Positions 51,820-64,000 of a stretch of 64,000 nucleotides of DNA are shown piece after piece. The stretch comes from Lama glama. Lineage: Eukaryota. The notes below the pieces were generated by a model. It ran no database searches. It was not told the origin of the DNA and was given only the letters and a program-made list of their open reading frames with translations. Within the stretch, counting starts at the first letter, position 1. The number at the start of each line of letters is the position of its first letter. The translations under genes and the position numbers were made by a program. Location of the stretch: the NCBI GenBank assembly GCA_028534125.1, contig CM052832.1, forward strand, positions 13,332,001 through 13,396,000. The letters are read 5' to 3'.

Positions 51820-53598
51820 TTAAGATTTAGGAGGTGAAACAGTTTCTGTTTGGCACAAGTTCAGCTGTAGGCACTGATGCCTGCTCTGTGTGCTGTGCAG
51901 GAAGGGAAGCACCCTGAGAGAATCTTGCTTCCTACAATAGAGTGCAACTGAAAACAGGACTTCAGGGATTAAATCAGATTGTCCGTGGACTAATGGAATT
52001 CACTGGTAAAAAAAGAACAACTCTTCTTAGATTAATTTACTTTGGCATATCCATTATTGAAAAATTATGCAACCCTTAAAAAAAGAGAATGAGGCAGTTC
52101 TATTTATCCTGATACGGAAGGATTTCCAAGATATCTTTTTCAGTGAAAAGTACAAGCTGCAAAGCGGCGCATTTAGAATGCTTTTATCGGAAAAGGATCT
52201 ATACGGATACGTTTGCATATGCAAAGAATACGGAAGAACACACAAGAAACTGGTGACAAAGGTGGCCCATGGGGAGGAGAGCTTGGTGACCAGGGATCAA
52301 GGTAGAGAGTTTTCATTGTACATTCTTTTGAATGTTGTACCAAGTATTATTTATTTTATAAAATAAATATATGTAAATACATAAAAGATGCCTTTGGTGA
52401 ATCATTTTGCAAGATTCGTTTGCAATACAAACAGCCACTCCCTAATTTGCTTTGGAAATGTTGACATTTGTGTATTGGATTTTCTTAAAGCATGAAATAC
52501 CAAAGTCTGCACACCACACCCTGAGTGCTCTAAATTTGAGGGCACCAACAAAACCAGCCATGCAAGTGCGATTTTCCAAAAGGTCAAATATTGTCAAGCA
52601 GCAGGGGGCTTGACACATTCCAGGCATCGGAGAATGTCAGAGAGGAATGGCCTGTGGACAGAGTTGGTACAATCCTTTTTTCTAAGTGAAGAGACCAAGG
52701 CTAAAGGGGAAGAGTCTTGCCTAATAAAGAGACCATGCCATTTTGTGTGAATAAGGGAGAAAAATAAGTCTCTCTATCGATACCTGCATAAAGAACTTGG
52801 GAAGGATACACAAAACACTAATATCAATGGTTAACTATGTGGAGAGGCAAGGTGAGAAATGGGAGGGTGGGAGACAGATGTAGGAGGGAGATTTTTTGTT
52901 TTGAACCTTTTATAATCCTTGATCTATTTTTTGAACAATATAAACCTATTTAAAAACTATAAAGAGAGCCAGACCATGTCATCTACGTGACTTACAATCC
53001 AGTTTTCAAGGAAGACATCATGAGACTGTGAGCTCAGAGATAAATGAAGCAGATGGTGTTAAAACCACAGGTCAAATCTTGCTGCTTCAAATGCCAGCGA
53101 TGGTCTGAATTATTTTATCATATTGAGATTTGTTTGAGATGACATGAGCCATCAGCTGGGCTTAGATATTGTTTTTAATTATAGGCAGATTTGTCAAAAT
53201 CGTGCAGTAACAGCCCATTGCTAGTCTGTGGATTCAGTCATATAGAGAGATACCACAGGGCAGGACAAAGATCAATGGACTAGAAGTCAGAAAAGCTCAT
53301 TCTAACCAAGCGTTGCAATTTAATTCATCTGTGACTTCGGACAACTTAATTCCTTTCCTTGGGCCAGTTTCTCATTTGTAAATTGGAATGATTAGATGAA
53401 CTATCTCCAGGTTCCCTTTTAGCTCTGATATTACTGGAGTCTGAAACAGTTGTTAGCAATTTAGAACTAAAGGGGAATTTATGAGATAATTTTTCAAAGC
53501 CAGGAGATGGTAACAAGCTTTTGGGTCTCCTTTTGCTCCTTTGACTTGAAGCTACAACAAGCACTAGCAAGTGATCTTCTTGGCCCCTTTCTCCCCTG

Positions 53599-53601
<3 letters not shown>

Positions 53602-53637
<36 letters not shown>

Positions 53638-53689
53638 ACAAACACACACACACACAGACACACACAGACACACAGACACACACACACAC
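53602..53689. repeat. Compound (CA)n/(CAGA) microsatellite
   Basis: Direct reading; explains the VC-repeat ORFs at 53346 and 53494. Confidence 0.95.
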
Positions 53690-55087
53690 TACCCTGATGT
53701 TAGCTATTTAGATCTGTGTTCTCAAGGCTCCATGAAACATCTCAAATTAGAGATATCCTGTATAATAGACGTTCCTGATGGAGAATCACAATACTATTAA
53801 AGGACCTGAGAAGTCCTGCAATAAAGAAACTCATAATTTTACTTTACCCAGCATTTTCCAAACTTATGGATGTGAAACACTTTAATGTGTCCTATTACCT
53901 CAATTTAGAACAACTGAGATTCATATGCCTCTATTTTTAGGGAATTTATGAGATCAGCTATCATTTTGCAGTTAGAATAGCTCTAGGGCTTCTGCAAACA
54001 TGGGAAGTTTGAGCACGTTCCTAAGGGAGCCTGAGAGTCTTGTGACTCACGCAGCCCTCCACCCCACCAATTGAAAGAAAACCTTTCAACAGTGGGAGAC
54101 TCAAAAACTCCCTTGCTTTACAGGAAGGTTCCCATCCAAGCACAGTGAGGTGAGTGGACATCTTATCCCTTTCATGTCTGGCTTTCAGATTTATTTTTGC
54201 TTTAGGGAACTTGTTTCTATCACTCTTTTTCTTCAGAAATTATAGCTCTCCTCTCTTTGCTTCATAAGGTTTGTTTAATTCCCTCCTTCTTGTTTTTACT
54301 CCCAGATAGGTGGGAAAAGCTTGTGCCTTGTTTGGGTACTGGGCCTGCCACACTTCACATCCTTCATTTGTTGAGATTTTTCACCCTCAATTTCCAAAGA
54401 AACATTGACTCATCGTGATACACACACAGTCATTTGGAAAAAATTAATTTAAAATCTGTATTTCTTAAGACTTCTCAATTATTCTGGCCCCATCATTAAG
54501 TATTCAGTTTAAAGAAAATAAAAATCTCTACGCAGGCAAAATTGTATGGTCAAAGCTCTGTGTTGGCATATCTGTAAAAGTCTGAAAGCAAGAAACAATA
54601 TGGAAAGCTACTTTTGCATTTAGTGCTTTCTTGACTTTGAGTCTTCAGGTTTGCAGACTAAGCATTAGGATAAAGGTGACCAGTCAGACAGCTGTTGCAG
54701 GGCTGGCTCATTATACCAATGCTTCCCTGAAGAATTGGGGCTGTAGATAAATTCTCTTTCTCCTGACCAGGCTTTGTTACTGGCAGTTACCACAGAGTCT
54801 GCGCTGTCTGAGTTCAGCACTCTCCCTCCTGCTCTCCTGGAGCAGTGGGAAAGACAAGGAGATGAGAAGGCAGCTGGATGGGGGTGGAGGAGGTGCCCCC
54901 TGACTCTCCCACCCACTCTGTTTACCTTAGCACGATTCTTTGACAGGTTGTCTTAATTTACCTGGGACATATTTACTGGAAACTATGGCTGAAATTTAAA
55001 GAGAAGACCATGAAACTAAGTGGGAGGGAAACACTAAAGAGAAAAAAAAAAAACAATGGGAGAGAGATTACTTAGGAGAATGGAAGT

Positions 55088-55552
55088 TGTTATGGTCAAT
55101 TTTATGTGTCAGCCTGGCTAGGTTATGGTGCCCAGTTTGGTCAAACACTAGTTCAGATATGGCTGTGAAGGTATAATTTAGATATTGTTAACATTTATAA
55201 TCACTCGACTTTAAGTTAAGCAGATCACCCTCCATAATGTGAGTGGGCCTCATCCAATCAGTGGAACACCTTAAGAGCAAAGGCTGAGGTTTCGCAGGGA
55301 AGAAGGAATTTTGTCTCAAGATGAAGACATAGAAATCCTGCCTGAGCTTCTAGCCTCCTCACCTCCCCTGTGGATTTCAGACTCAAGACATCAACATCAC
55401 CTCTTGCCTGGGTTTCTGGCCTTCCAGTCTGCCCTACAGATTTAGAATCTGCCAGCCTCTACAAGAGTGTGAGCCAGTTCTTAAAGATAGATCCCTCGCT
55501 TTCCCTCTCTAAACTATTGCTTCTGTTTCTCTGGAGAACCGTGACTAATACA
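55088..55552 (+). mobile_element. MLT2 (ERVL) solo LTR
   Basis: tgttatggtcaattttatgtgtcagcctggctagg...ttctgtttctctggagaaccgtgactaataca. Confidence 0.85.
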
Positions 55553-57509
55553 GAGGGTTCCAGGAAAGATTACCCTAGAGAAAAAAATGGAGCCGTTTGA
55601 CCATAATCTGATAAAAGCTTTCCAGTTTGGCAGGGAGCTTGCAGATAAATCAGTGGTAGATATTTAAAAATAAAACTATGCAAGGGAAAAAAAGATGAGA
55701 CAATTGTTAACTCCAGGGAAAACAAAAATTGGCTTAAGAAGATGGTAATTATTCTATCTCACTTGGTTCATTACAAACACTGAATATTGATTCAAAGAAA
55801 ATGGCACTGGTGGAAGAAGTTATGTGGAAATTGTGGTGTGAGTTAAATCCTCATCTTCACTGAGGAAACTTAAAAATATCTAAAAATGAAAATATAAGAA
55901 AAAGTAATATTTAGAAACAAGGAAGTAAACAGAAGAAACAACTAAAAGCATCGAGAGCAGCTGCTTGCTGATTGACTCCCGTGGGAGTGGGTGGGGCAAG
56001 GATCTGCTGTTTATCATTTTAAGTCTTGCAGATCATTTGGTCTTTTTCAAGTCCATGGGTGTATTACTTTGATACAAATAAAAACTAAATTGAAAGTTAT
56101 GAGGGTCCAATATGGAAAATTTGGGAAGAACAGATAAGCATATGAAAGAAATAATAACCACTCATAATTTTTCCAGAGAAAGCAACTATGCACATTTTTT
56201 TGAGGAACAGGATTATTTAGTGAATTTGTTGATAAAGCTTTCAGAGCTTAAGGATTTAAAAATATCATGACTTAAACATGAACAAAAAATAAAAGTACAA
56301 TCCTACATATGCAATATTGCAGATATAATTGCATACAGTATAATCATGTACAATATAACCCCATATGTGTGTATTAGAAAATAATCTGTACACCTGAAAA
56401 TAATATAATGTCAATTAACTATACCTCAGTGAAAAATAGAAATAAAAATAGAGGAATCAGCCAACCTTAGCAGAAACTGATATAAAGAAAAAGGAAAATT
56501 GCTGCCCACTTGGCAGTTAGTTTATTCTACTGAAATTTGTGAATCTCAATGTACTTAAAAATAAACATTATTATCCAGAGTGATACTTTCAGTCAGGTGA
56601 AGCCATTTAGTAGCTAACTGGAATTCACTAAAATAAACAAAACATAAAATACTAAAAGAAAGAAAGAAAGTAGTTTGAAGGACTAGAAATCTGTTATATA
56701 ACTACCAAAATGTTACTTGGTAGTGACCAGGGCTGGGACTAGGTTGGGCCAGTGATGTGTTAGGATTCACAGTGTAAGGAAACACTCTCAGGATCATGCA
56801 AGTGCAGGGGTTGCACTTGAACTCGAGTGCTGTGTCCTAGGTGCCTCACTTACCTCACCCCAGTCTCTGCCTTGGTGGGGACCTAAGGCTCCTGGATTGT
56901 GGGCACTTTCCTTTTCTTATTTTTCAGTTAGATACGTGTTCAGATTCCTTATTACATCAAAGTCCATGGACCAGCAGTGTTAGAATCACCTGGGAGCTTG
57001 TTTGAAATGCAGAATCTCAGCTCTGCCTCAGACCTTCTGAGTCATAATCTGCATTTTAATTTAATCCCAGGGTTGATGTGTTAAAGTCTGAGAACCATTG
57101 GACTAGCTAGTCATCAAGCATAGCTCCTGCTTGCAGTTGGAAGGGATATTCAGAGGTAATTGGATGGAAAGAGGTATGGATAGATGGATGTGTGATAAAA
57201 CAACAAATGACAAATGTAGAATCTATATGGTATATGTATAAATATTCACTGTAGAGTTCTTTCAACTTTTCTGACTATAATTGATGTCATGGCCCCCAAT
57301 GAGTGGGGCACACACTGCCGGGGGCAGGGTGCGGGGTGCGGTATGATGCCTGTTATCTAGAGGACTGTGGTCTTTGCCAAGAAGCTGAGCTTCAGCTGGT
57401 GAAGCAATCACAGGTCAGCCTGATGGAGCAGAAGTAGGTGATTCCCTTGGGACAAAGAACAATTTAGAGCAACATTTAAAGAGAGGGGAAAGGCTAGTGG
57501 GTCTGAAAC

Positions 57510-58875
57510 TATCATCTGTTCATAGGCACTTAGGTTGCTTCCATATCTTGGCTATTGTAACTAATGCTGCAATGAACATAGGAATGCATATATGTCTTTT
57601 CTAATTACTGTTTTTGTTTTCTTCAGATAAGTACCAAGGAGTGGAAGCTGGATCAAACTGTAGTTCTATTTTTAATTTTATGAGAAATCTTAATGCTGTT
57701 TTCCATAACTGCTGCACCAATTTACATTCCTACCAACAGTGCAGGAGGGATCCCTTTTCTCCACATCCTGAGGGAAGTTTGAAACTGCAATTAGATCAGG
57801 TATTAAATCTATTTGGTATCTTGGGCCTGTGGTTTTCTCTTTAACACTAAAAACTTACCCTATGTGACCTGTGAAGAGTTATAAGGATCAGAATGGCTAT
57901 TATCAAAAAGGCAACAGGATGGTGGGGAGGGTATAGCTCAGTGGCAGAGTGTGTGCTTAGCATGCATAAGGTCCTAGGTTCAGTCCCCAGTACTTCCATT
58001 AAAAACTAAATAAAAATAAATAAACCCTAATTACCCCACCCCCCAAAAATTGCAACAGGATATAGATGAATGGATAAGTAAGATCTTATATTTATTATAT
58101 TAATGTAATGTTATATAGTATATAAAAATATATAATAGAATATTATTCAGCCATGAAAATAATAAAATCTTGCCATTTGTGACAACATAGATGGACCTAG
58201 AGGATATTATGCTAAATGAAATAAGTCAGACAGAGAAAGACAAATACTGTATGATTTCACTTATATGTGGAATCTAAAATAAATGAACAAACATAACAAA
58301 ACAGAAGGAGTTACAGATAAAGAGAACAGGTGGTTGCCAGAGGGGAGGAAAGAAATAGGTAAGGGAGATTAAGAGGTACAAACTTTTAGTAGCAAAATAG
58401 TCACAGGTAGGAAACATACAGTGTGGAGAATATAGTCAATAACTATAATATCTTTGTACGGTGACTTACTCATCATTAGGCTCATTGTGGTCATTTTGAT
58501 ATGTATAGAAATATTGAATCACTATGCTATATAATAGGAAGTAACATAGTGTTGTAGGTTAATTATACTTCAAAAACAAACTCAGAAAAAGCGATCAGAT
58601 TTGTGGGTACAGTGGCAGGCAGGAAGGGGGAATTGGATGAAAGTGGTCAAAAGGTACAAACTTCCAGTTACAAAATAAGTATTAGGGATATAATGTACAA
58701 CATGATAAATATAATTAACACTGCTGTATGTTATATATGAAAGTTTTTAAGAGAAAAAAATAAGTTCTCATCACAAGGAAAACTTTTTTTCTATTTCTTT
58801 AATTATGCTGCAAACCTTAACTTATACAGTGCTGTATGTCAATTATACCTCAGTAAAACTGGAAGAAGAAAAAAG
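57510..58875. mobile_element. Cluster of L1 fragments (minus 57510-57770; plus 57890-58875)
   Basis: catatcttggctattgtaactaatgctgcaatgaacata; gccatttgtgacaacatagatggacctagagg. Confidence 0.8.
57924..58050 (+). mobile_element. tRNA-derived SINE, Vic-1 type, with TSD gcaacaggat (57911-57920, 58052-58061)
   Basis: ggggagggtatagctcagtggcagag...gcttagcatgcataaggtcctaggttcagtccccagtac; exact 10-nt TSD. Confidence 0.85.
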
Positions 58876-59559
58876 GAGTTGTGAGGATCAACTGAGATTA
58901 AGTACTTGAATGTGGTTTGTAAACTGAAAAGCGCTATGCAAACATCTGGCACTGCTACTAAGTCATTAAAGATGGGGAGGACATTGACAAAAGGCACTGG
59001 GGGAGAAGGGCCTCTGGGAGAAGAGTAGGAAAGGTAAAGAGGTTTTTGTGTGCTAGACAAAAGGATACTGGGCTTTTAAGTCTAGAAAGATGGAAACAGT
59101 CAAGGAAGGCCTATGTTTTCAAGACAAGGAAATAAAATCTGGGACCTCAAGCTTTAAGGATAAAATCAAGCCGTATGATCTTACACAGTTATGCAAGAGC
59201 GTGGGCACCCTAATGTCAGTAACACCCTAAGAATGACTTGGGCACATGCTTCTTTCTCTGCCTACATGGCCTCTTTGAAGGCAGGCAGGGATCATGTCTT
59301 TGTTTCTAGAAGCCTGATACTTTCTGATGAAGAGCACTGCGCTTCACTCTCAAGGAACGTGTGCCCAAAGGCTTTGGACCTTTTTATCCCAAAGGGTGGT
59401 ACAGACTAAGCTGCTGGGTAGCCTTGAAAAGCATGTTTTTCTGTGCATGCTGGGATGCCCTCTTGGTAGCTGATGTCTAAGCCTATGTAGAACTTGCCCG
59501 ATCCCAAGACAAGGCGTGTTAATCTTTACTTCAAGGAATAGAAGGTGGGGCCAAGGGTT

Positions 59560-59897
59560 GCAGCAGATCTATTGTGATGATGGTCGAAAATCAATGGATA
59601 TGACGGTACAGGTGGTACAATTTCATAGAACTGCAGAGGAGTGCTAGCACAAGCGCACAGACACGCACAAATGAGTCCTTGCCAAACTGGTTAAATCTGA
59701 ATCAGGTTTGTAATCTAGTTAATTGCATTGGTCTAGTTAATTGTATCCCGCCAATGTCAATTTCCTGGTTTGATAATATAGTACAGTTATGTAAGATGTT
59801 GAAGGAAGCTATGTGGGTGATGGGTATAGGAGATCTCTTTGTACTAATTTTGCAAGTTTTTGTGAGTTTATAATTATTTTAAAATAAAAAGTCAAAA
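59560..59897 (+). mobile_element. Old L1M 3' end abutting the CpG island
   Basis: aatgtcaatttcctggttttgata...gatctctttgtactaattttgcaagtttttgtgag...aaaataaaaag. Confidence 0.7.
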
Positions 59898-59899
59898 AG

Positions 59900-60338
59900 A
59901 CTCCCCCAGCCCCGCCCCGCCCACCCTGAGAAGGACCCACACCTCACACTTCTGCCATGAACTCAGCCTCACCAGCTGGGACGCGGCGGGGAGGGGCGGG
60001 CCCGCGCACGCGCAGATCTGGACTCCCCGCCGCGTCGCCGGGAAGTCGCGCTTGCGCAGTCTGGGCCGCTGGCTGCTGTGCCAGCCCCTCTCCGCGGCAG
60101 GGGAGCCGGCTGTCTGGGCCCCTCCGCTCGCCTTCTTTTCCGGCAGTTGGGGCACTTCCTGTTGTCCTCACTCGCAACCGCCACTCGGCCGCTACCTCAG
60201 AGCCCCTCGCGCGACCCCTCCTCTCCTCTGGTCGGCTGGCTGCTGCCGCTGGGGCTTCTGTCCGTACATCGAGACCGCTGGCCCGGCCGGCGTCTGCGGC
60301 TGGCCGCCGCCCCCAGCCCTGCCTCCCACTGGGCTCTG
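59900..60338 (+). promoter_or_regulatory. STK38: CpG-island promoter plus non-coding first exon, probably STK38 (NDR1); donor CTG|gtgagt at 60339
   Basis: GC boxes (59910-59922, 59993-60000), NRF1-like GCGCNNGCGCA (60004-60014, 60048-60058), ETS-type GGAA cores (CGGGAAGT, ACTTCCTG), strong donor; gene name from conserved head-to-head synteny with SRSF3; no coding exon seen in the window. Confidence 0.75.
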
Positions 60339-63300
60339 GTGAGTGTCTGGCTGCCGTTGTCTTCAGTCTATCCCAGGCTTTTTCTTTCATCTCCTCCTCT
60401 TCCCCTGACTCTCTTTGGGGTTCTCCCTTTCCCGCTGGCGCCCTTTCCAGCCCTGTCCTTTCGGCCCCTCTCTAAAACCTTCTCACAGTTCCCCCTCCTC
60501 CCGGTTTCCAGAGACTCCTTGTCGGTTCTCTACACGCTTTCCCATCCCAGGCTCCCCACCCCGTCCTTTCTTTTTCTTCTTGTGCATTTGGGGCGGGGAG
60601 CCAGGCTCTCTTCTTTCCTTGTTGCCAGCTTTGTCTGTTCGCTGCCACCGCTCAGTCCCCTACGGTTATTACCAATTTCTACCTCCTTTTCTTTTCCTGG
60701 AGTCTAAGAACCTGAGAACTGTTGTGTGCGGCAGAGATATCGAAAGACCCCTTGGGCGGCGGTACCTTTGAGTCTGCCCCCTTCCCTGTGGTTAATCTTA
60801 GGGACCCGTGCTTCAGATAATGTGGGGGGGGGAGGAAAATTTAGTGAAGACTCTTAAGAAGAGAGTGGAGGAGGAAAGTCTTAAGTTAAGGACTTAGAGC
60901 AAAGTCTGTGCAGAAAGACTTAGAAAAAGTGTGGAGAACGGCAAGTGGAGAGACCAGATCTACCGGTTGACTAAAAGACACAAAGAGATTTTTTTTTTTT
61001 TGAAATGTATAGAGGAAGATTGGAGGGAAGAAGACCCTGTGCTTCCTCTCCGTTTCGGCTCACTTTGGCTCTTAATTAGAATTAGCCAGTCAGTAAATGT
61101 GATTTCCCTAAACATAAAACCACCACCAACTCAATAACAGGCTCCATTCTCCATCCAAACATTAGATGCCGGCTTCCTCATAAAAGGACGGGAACAACTC
61201 TGTGCAATTCTGTATAGAAACCCATTTCATGTCCTACCTAACCCTGGCCCCACCTTCCCCATACATACATATTCTCAGGTCCTAGTAATGGACTTAAGAA
61301 ACCAGTGTTTTCCTAGTGAATCTTTTATAAAGTACTTACTAAGTGCATAGCATTGTGCTTGGTTTGGGGAAGCATACTAATAGTAGTATAAGACAGGGTG
61401 CTTGCTTTCCAGCGGCTTACAGTTCAGTAGGAGAAATTAGATACGTGACTCTTAAGAAATAACCTTAGCCCCAATGTTGAATTGTCTGTGAAAGATACTG
61501 GATTGTCAGTCACAAAGAAATAAGTTGGTGAGAAAAGGGGTATTTATAGAGATAACAGTACCATTGTAAAGTCAATCGGTCAACCATGCATAACTATCTA
61601 TATTGGATAAAACAGTAGTTTTTATTTGATATCCTTTTAATGTTTACAGTACCTACCCCAGACTTATGAGGATCATATTCTTTTGTTAACTTTTTAAAAC
61701 TTTTAAGAATTTCTTACCTATTATTTCCTAATTCTGCAGAGTTGGAGAATGAAACAGATAGGGCAAGGGTCTCCAAATGGCCTGTAGGTTAGGGTAGGAA
61801 GGCTTGAATTGTCAAAAGTGAAAAGTACTTAGTTGACCCAGTAAACCTATAAATTGCTATAGGGTAATAGTAATTGTTACTTTTGATGAAAGATTATTAG
61901 AATTAGGCTAACTCTTTTATGAGCAGAGGAAGAGAAGAGAGAGGAGGTTTTGAAGAAAGGTCAAACGGAAGGACAGTGCAGCCTTTGCCATTACATTAGA
62001 GACTTAACGAAGGTTGAAAACCATTCTGCTAGAAAATTGTTGGCGTACTATATGAGCATCTTTGAATGCACTTAATCTCCTGTTGATCTTTTACAAAGTT
62101 TAGGAAGTCATGCCAGCAAATTAAATGGGTCGAAGCTTTTGTTCCCTAGTCTTTATATACTCATCAATGTAAATGTAATTTTGTTCTTTACCTTTGTTAA
62201 CAACTGAAAATCATTAACTTGCTCCGCTGGCGTTTATTAACTGCCTATTACATGGAAGGCACTATTTGTCTTAGGCTTAAAGACTGATATTTTTATGTGG
62301 AAATAGTTTCATTTGTTTTGTATATACATATATATAGAGAGAGAGGGAGAGGCACTCTTCAGAAATTTTCAGACAAGGGAGGAGTACAGAGTGCTCTGTT
62401 GCTTCAGACTTGTTTTTAAATCTGGTTTTAAAATTTCTTCACCAGAGTGCATGTGGTTTTCATTGTGGGTGGAGGGGGTACAGGCTGACAAATAAGGAAC
62501 CACACCCAAGCTTCATAAACCAGACTGAGGTTTTAAAAAAATTCTACTGATATCCTAAAAACATTTGAGTTTGCTTTGGTTATTGGCAGAAACTTCCCCA
62601 TGAAAAATTACATTTTATAGTAAGGTAGAGATGAGTTCAGTGTTCTGAATTTGTGATTACTGATCATTTTGGCACATTACGAATCAAAATGTTTGAAATG
62701 GAGCCTTGATTTTGAATCTCTTTGCTCTCAAGGTATTATTCTTTGTGTGATTTTCTAGAGTATCTTTTTATAAAATTGCTTAAGTCTTTTTTCTTAGGAA
62801 TAGTGTTTGCATATTCCTTAACAGCGTTAGTTTAATCTACAAAACAGTTTTAAAAAGCTGCTAAGTATTAAGGAGAGAGCCTTAAGAAAACTTTTCATGA
62901 AATGTACTGTCTTTGAAAATGGCCCTGATCCCTCCTGATTTTTACTCAGTTTCATATTGAGATGAAAAGACAGATTTAGAGGTAGGTCCTGTGGGAGGAA
63001 GGTATGATAAGGATAAAATATTGAGCATTATTGCCAATGCTGGAGCAAGTCAAGGTTGGTGAACAGCCTGGCCAGGTGAGACAATGTAGGTTGGTAGGAA
63101 AAAACAAAACAAAACAAAAAAAACTAGGGAAAATGCAATTTAAATTTAGGGGGGAAAAGGTTCTATAAGCTATTTAAACCTTGTCGATATCCTTTTTCAA
63201 ATACGTGAAACTGGGAAGTTAGGGTCTCTTGTTTTTAAGGCATTTTCAGTCACTCAAATTATGATCAGGTTTTTTCTTGGTAATACTGTTCCATCATAGG

Positions 63301-64000
63301 TCGTTGTTTTAACTTGTAAATTCAAATAGACAGCAAACACTTACCAAACACTGTAAGTCATATCCGCAGATGAAGATTTTAGTCACAGATTTTTTTTTAA
63401 CTATAGAAATCGTAAATTTACAAGTTATTGATAACTTGTACAACACAGGGAATATAGCCAATATTTTATAATAACTATAAATGGAGTATAAGCTTTAAAA
63501 ATTGTGAATCACTATATTGTACACCAGTAACATATAATATTGTATATAAAGTACACTGTAAGAAAATCCAAGAAAGATGCTAATGGTGATTACAAATAAT
63601 TTTATGCCAATAAATTAGAAAATTTTGAAGGAATTTTAAGAAAAGTTAATAATGGTACATACTCTTTGAAGAAAATATGGAAAAGCACAAACAAGAATAA
63701 GATGATCTATTCTCACTGCCTAGAGTTAGGCCACTAATAACATTTTAATATGTATTTCTAATAATTCTGTGCACATACAGTAAACACATAAATAAAATTG
63801 AAATCATGGTATATGTACTATTTTGTAACCTATTTTCTTTTAGATTGGAAATATTTTCCCTGACATTAAACATTCAAACATATTTTAATTGCATGTTTTA
63901 TTATAACTTAATCAGTTCTTATGGGTCTTTGATTTCTTCAAAGTAGATTCCTAGATGGTGAAGAATTATTCTATATTATATATTCTTAATTTATGTATGT

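Noticed and set aside
53346..53687. Cys/Val-repeat ORFs
   Set aside because: Translation of a (TG)n microsatellite
56190..56670. T-run start and ~14-nt imperfect inverted repeat (ttatttagtgaatt / aattcactaaaataa) suggesting a retrocopy or DNA transposon
   Set aside because: No TSD or recognisable parent; AT-rich so a chance match is plausible
59892..60771. Long overlapping ORFs (148-209 aa) on both strands
   Set aside because: Stop-poor GC-rich CpG island; they cross the exon-1 donor and resemble no protein family

Overview
Mammalian genomic DNA, probably camelid (four tRNA-derived Vic-1-type SINEs). It contains the complete SRSF3 (SRp20) gene on the minus strand (TATA/CpG-island promoter ~29.1 kb; non-coding exon 1; coding exons of 206+135+39+87+28 nt = 164 aa; 458-nt poison cassette exon; proximal and distal polyA signals). 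A second CpG-island promoter and first exon on the plus strand at ~60 kb is assigned to STK38 by synteny. An RPL39 processed pseudogene with target-site duplications lies at 51.4-51.8 kb. The rest is intergenic/intronic DNA rich in L1, L2, MIR, MaLR/ERVL LTRs and MER DNA transposons; almost all ORFs in the supplied track are spurious. Most notable observations: (1) a ~365-bp diverged copy of the SRSF3 long 3'UTR inserted into an old LTR ~2.3 kb upstream of the SRSF3 promoter, where divergent transcription would read it as antisense to the long-UTR isoform; (2) a candidate frame-preserving 21-nt microexon or recursive splice site in SRSF3 intron 3; (3) ORFs inside the poison exon and a junction-created stop at its 3' end. 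Repeat family names are from recognition, not a database search.
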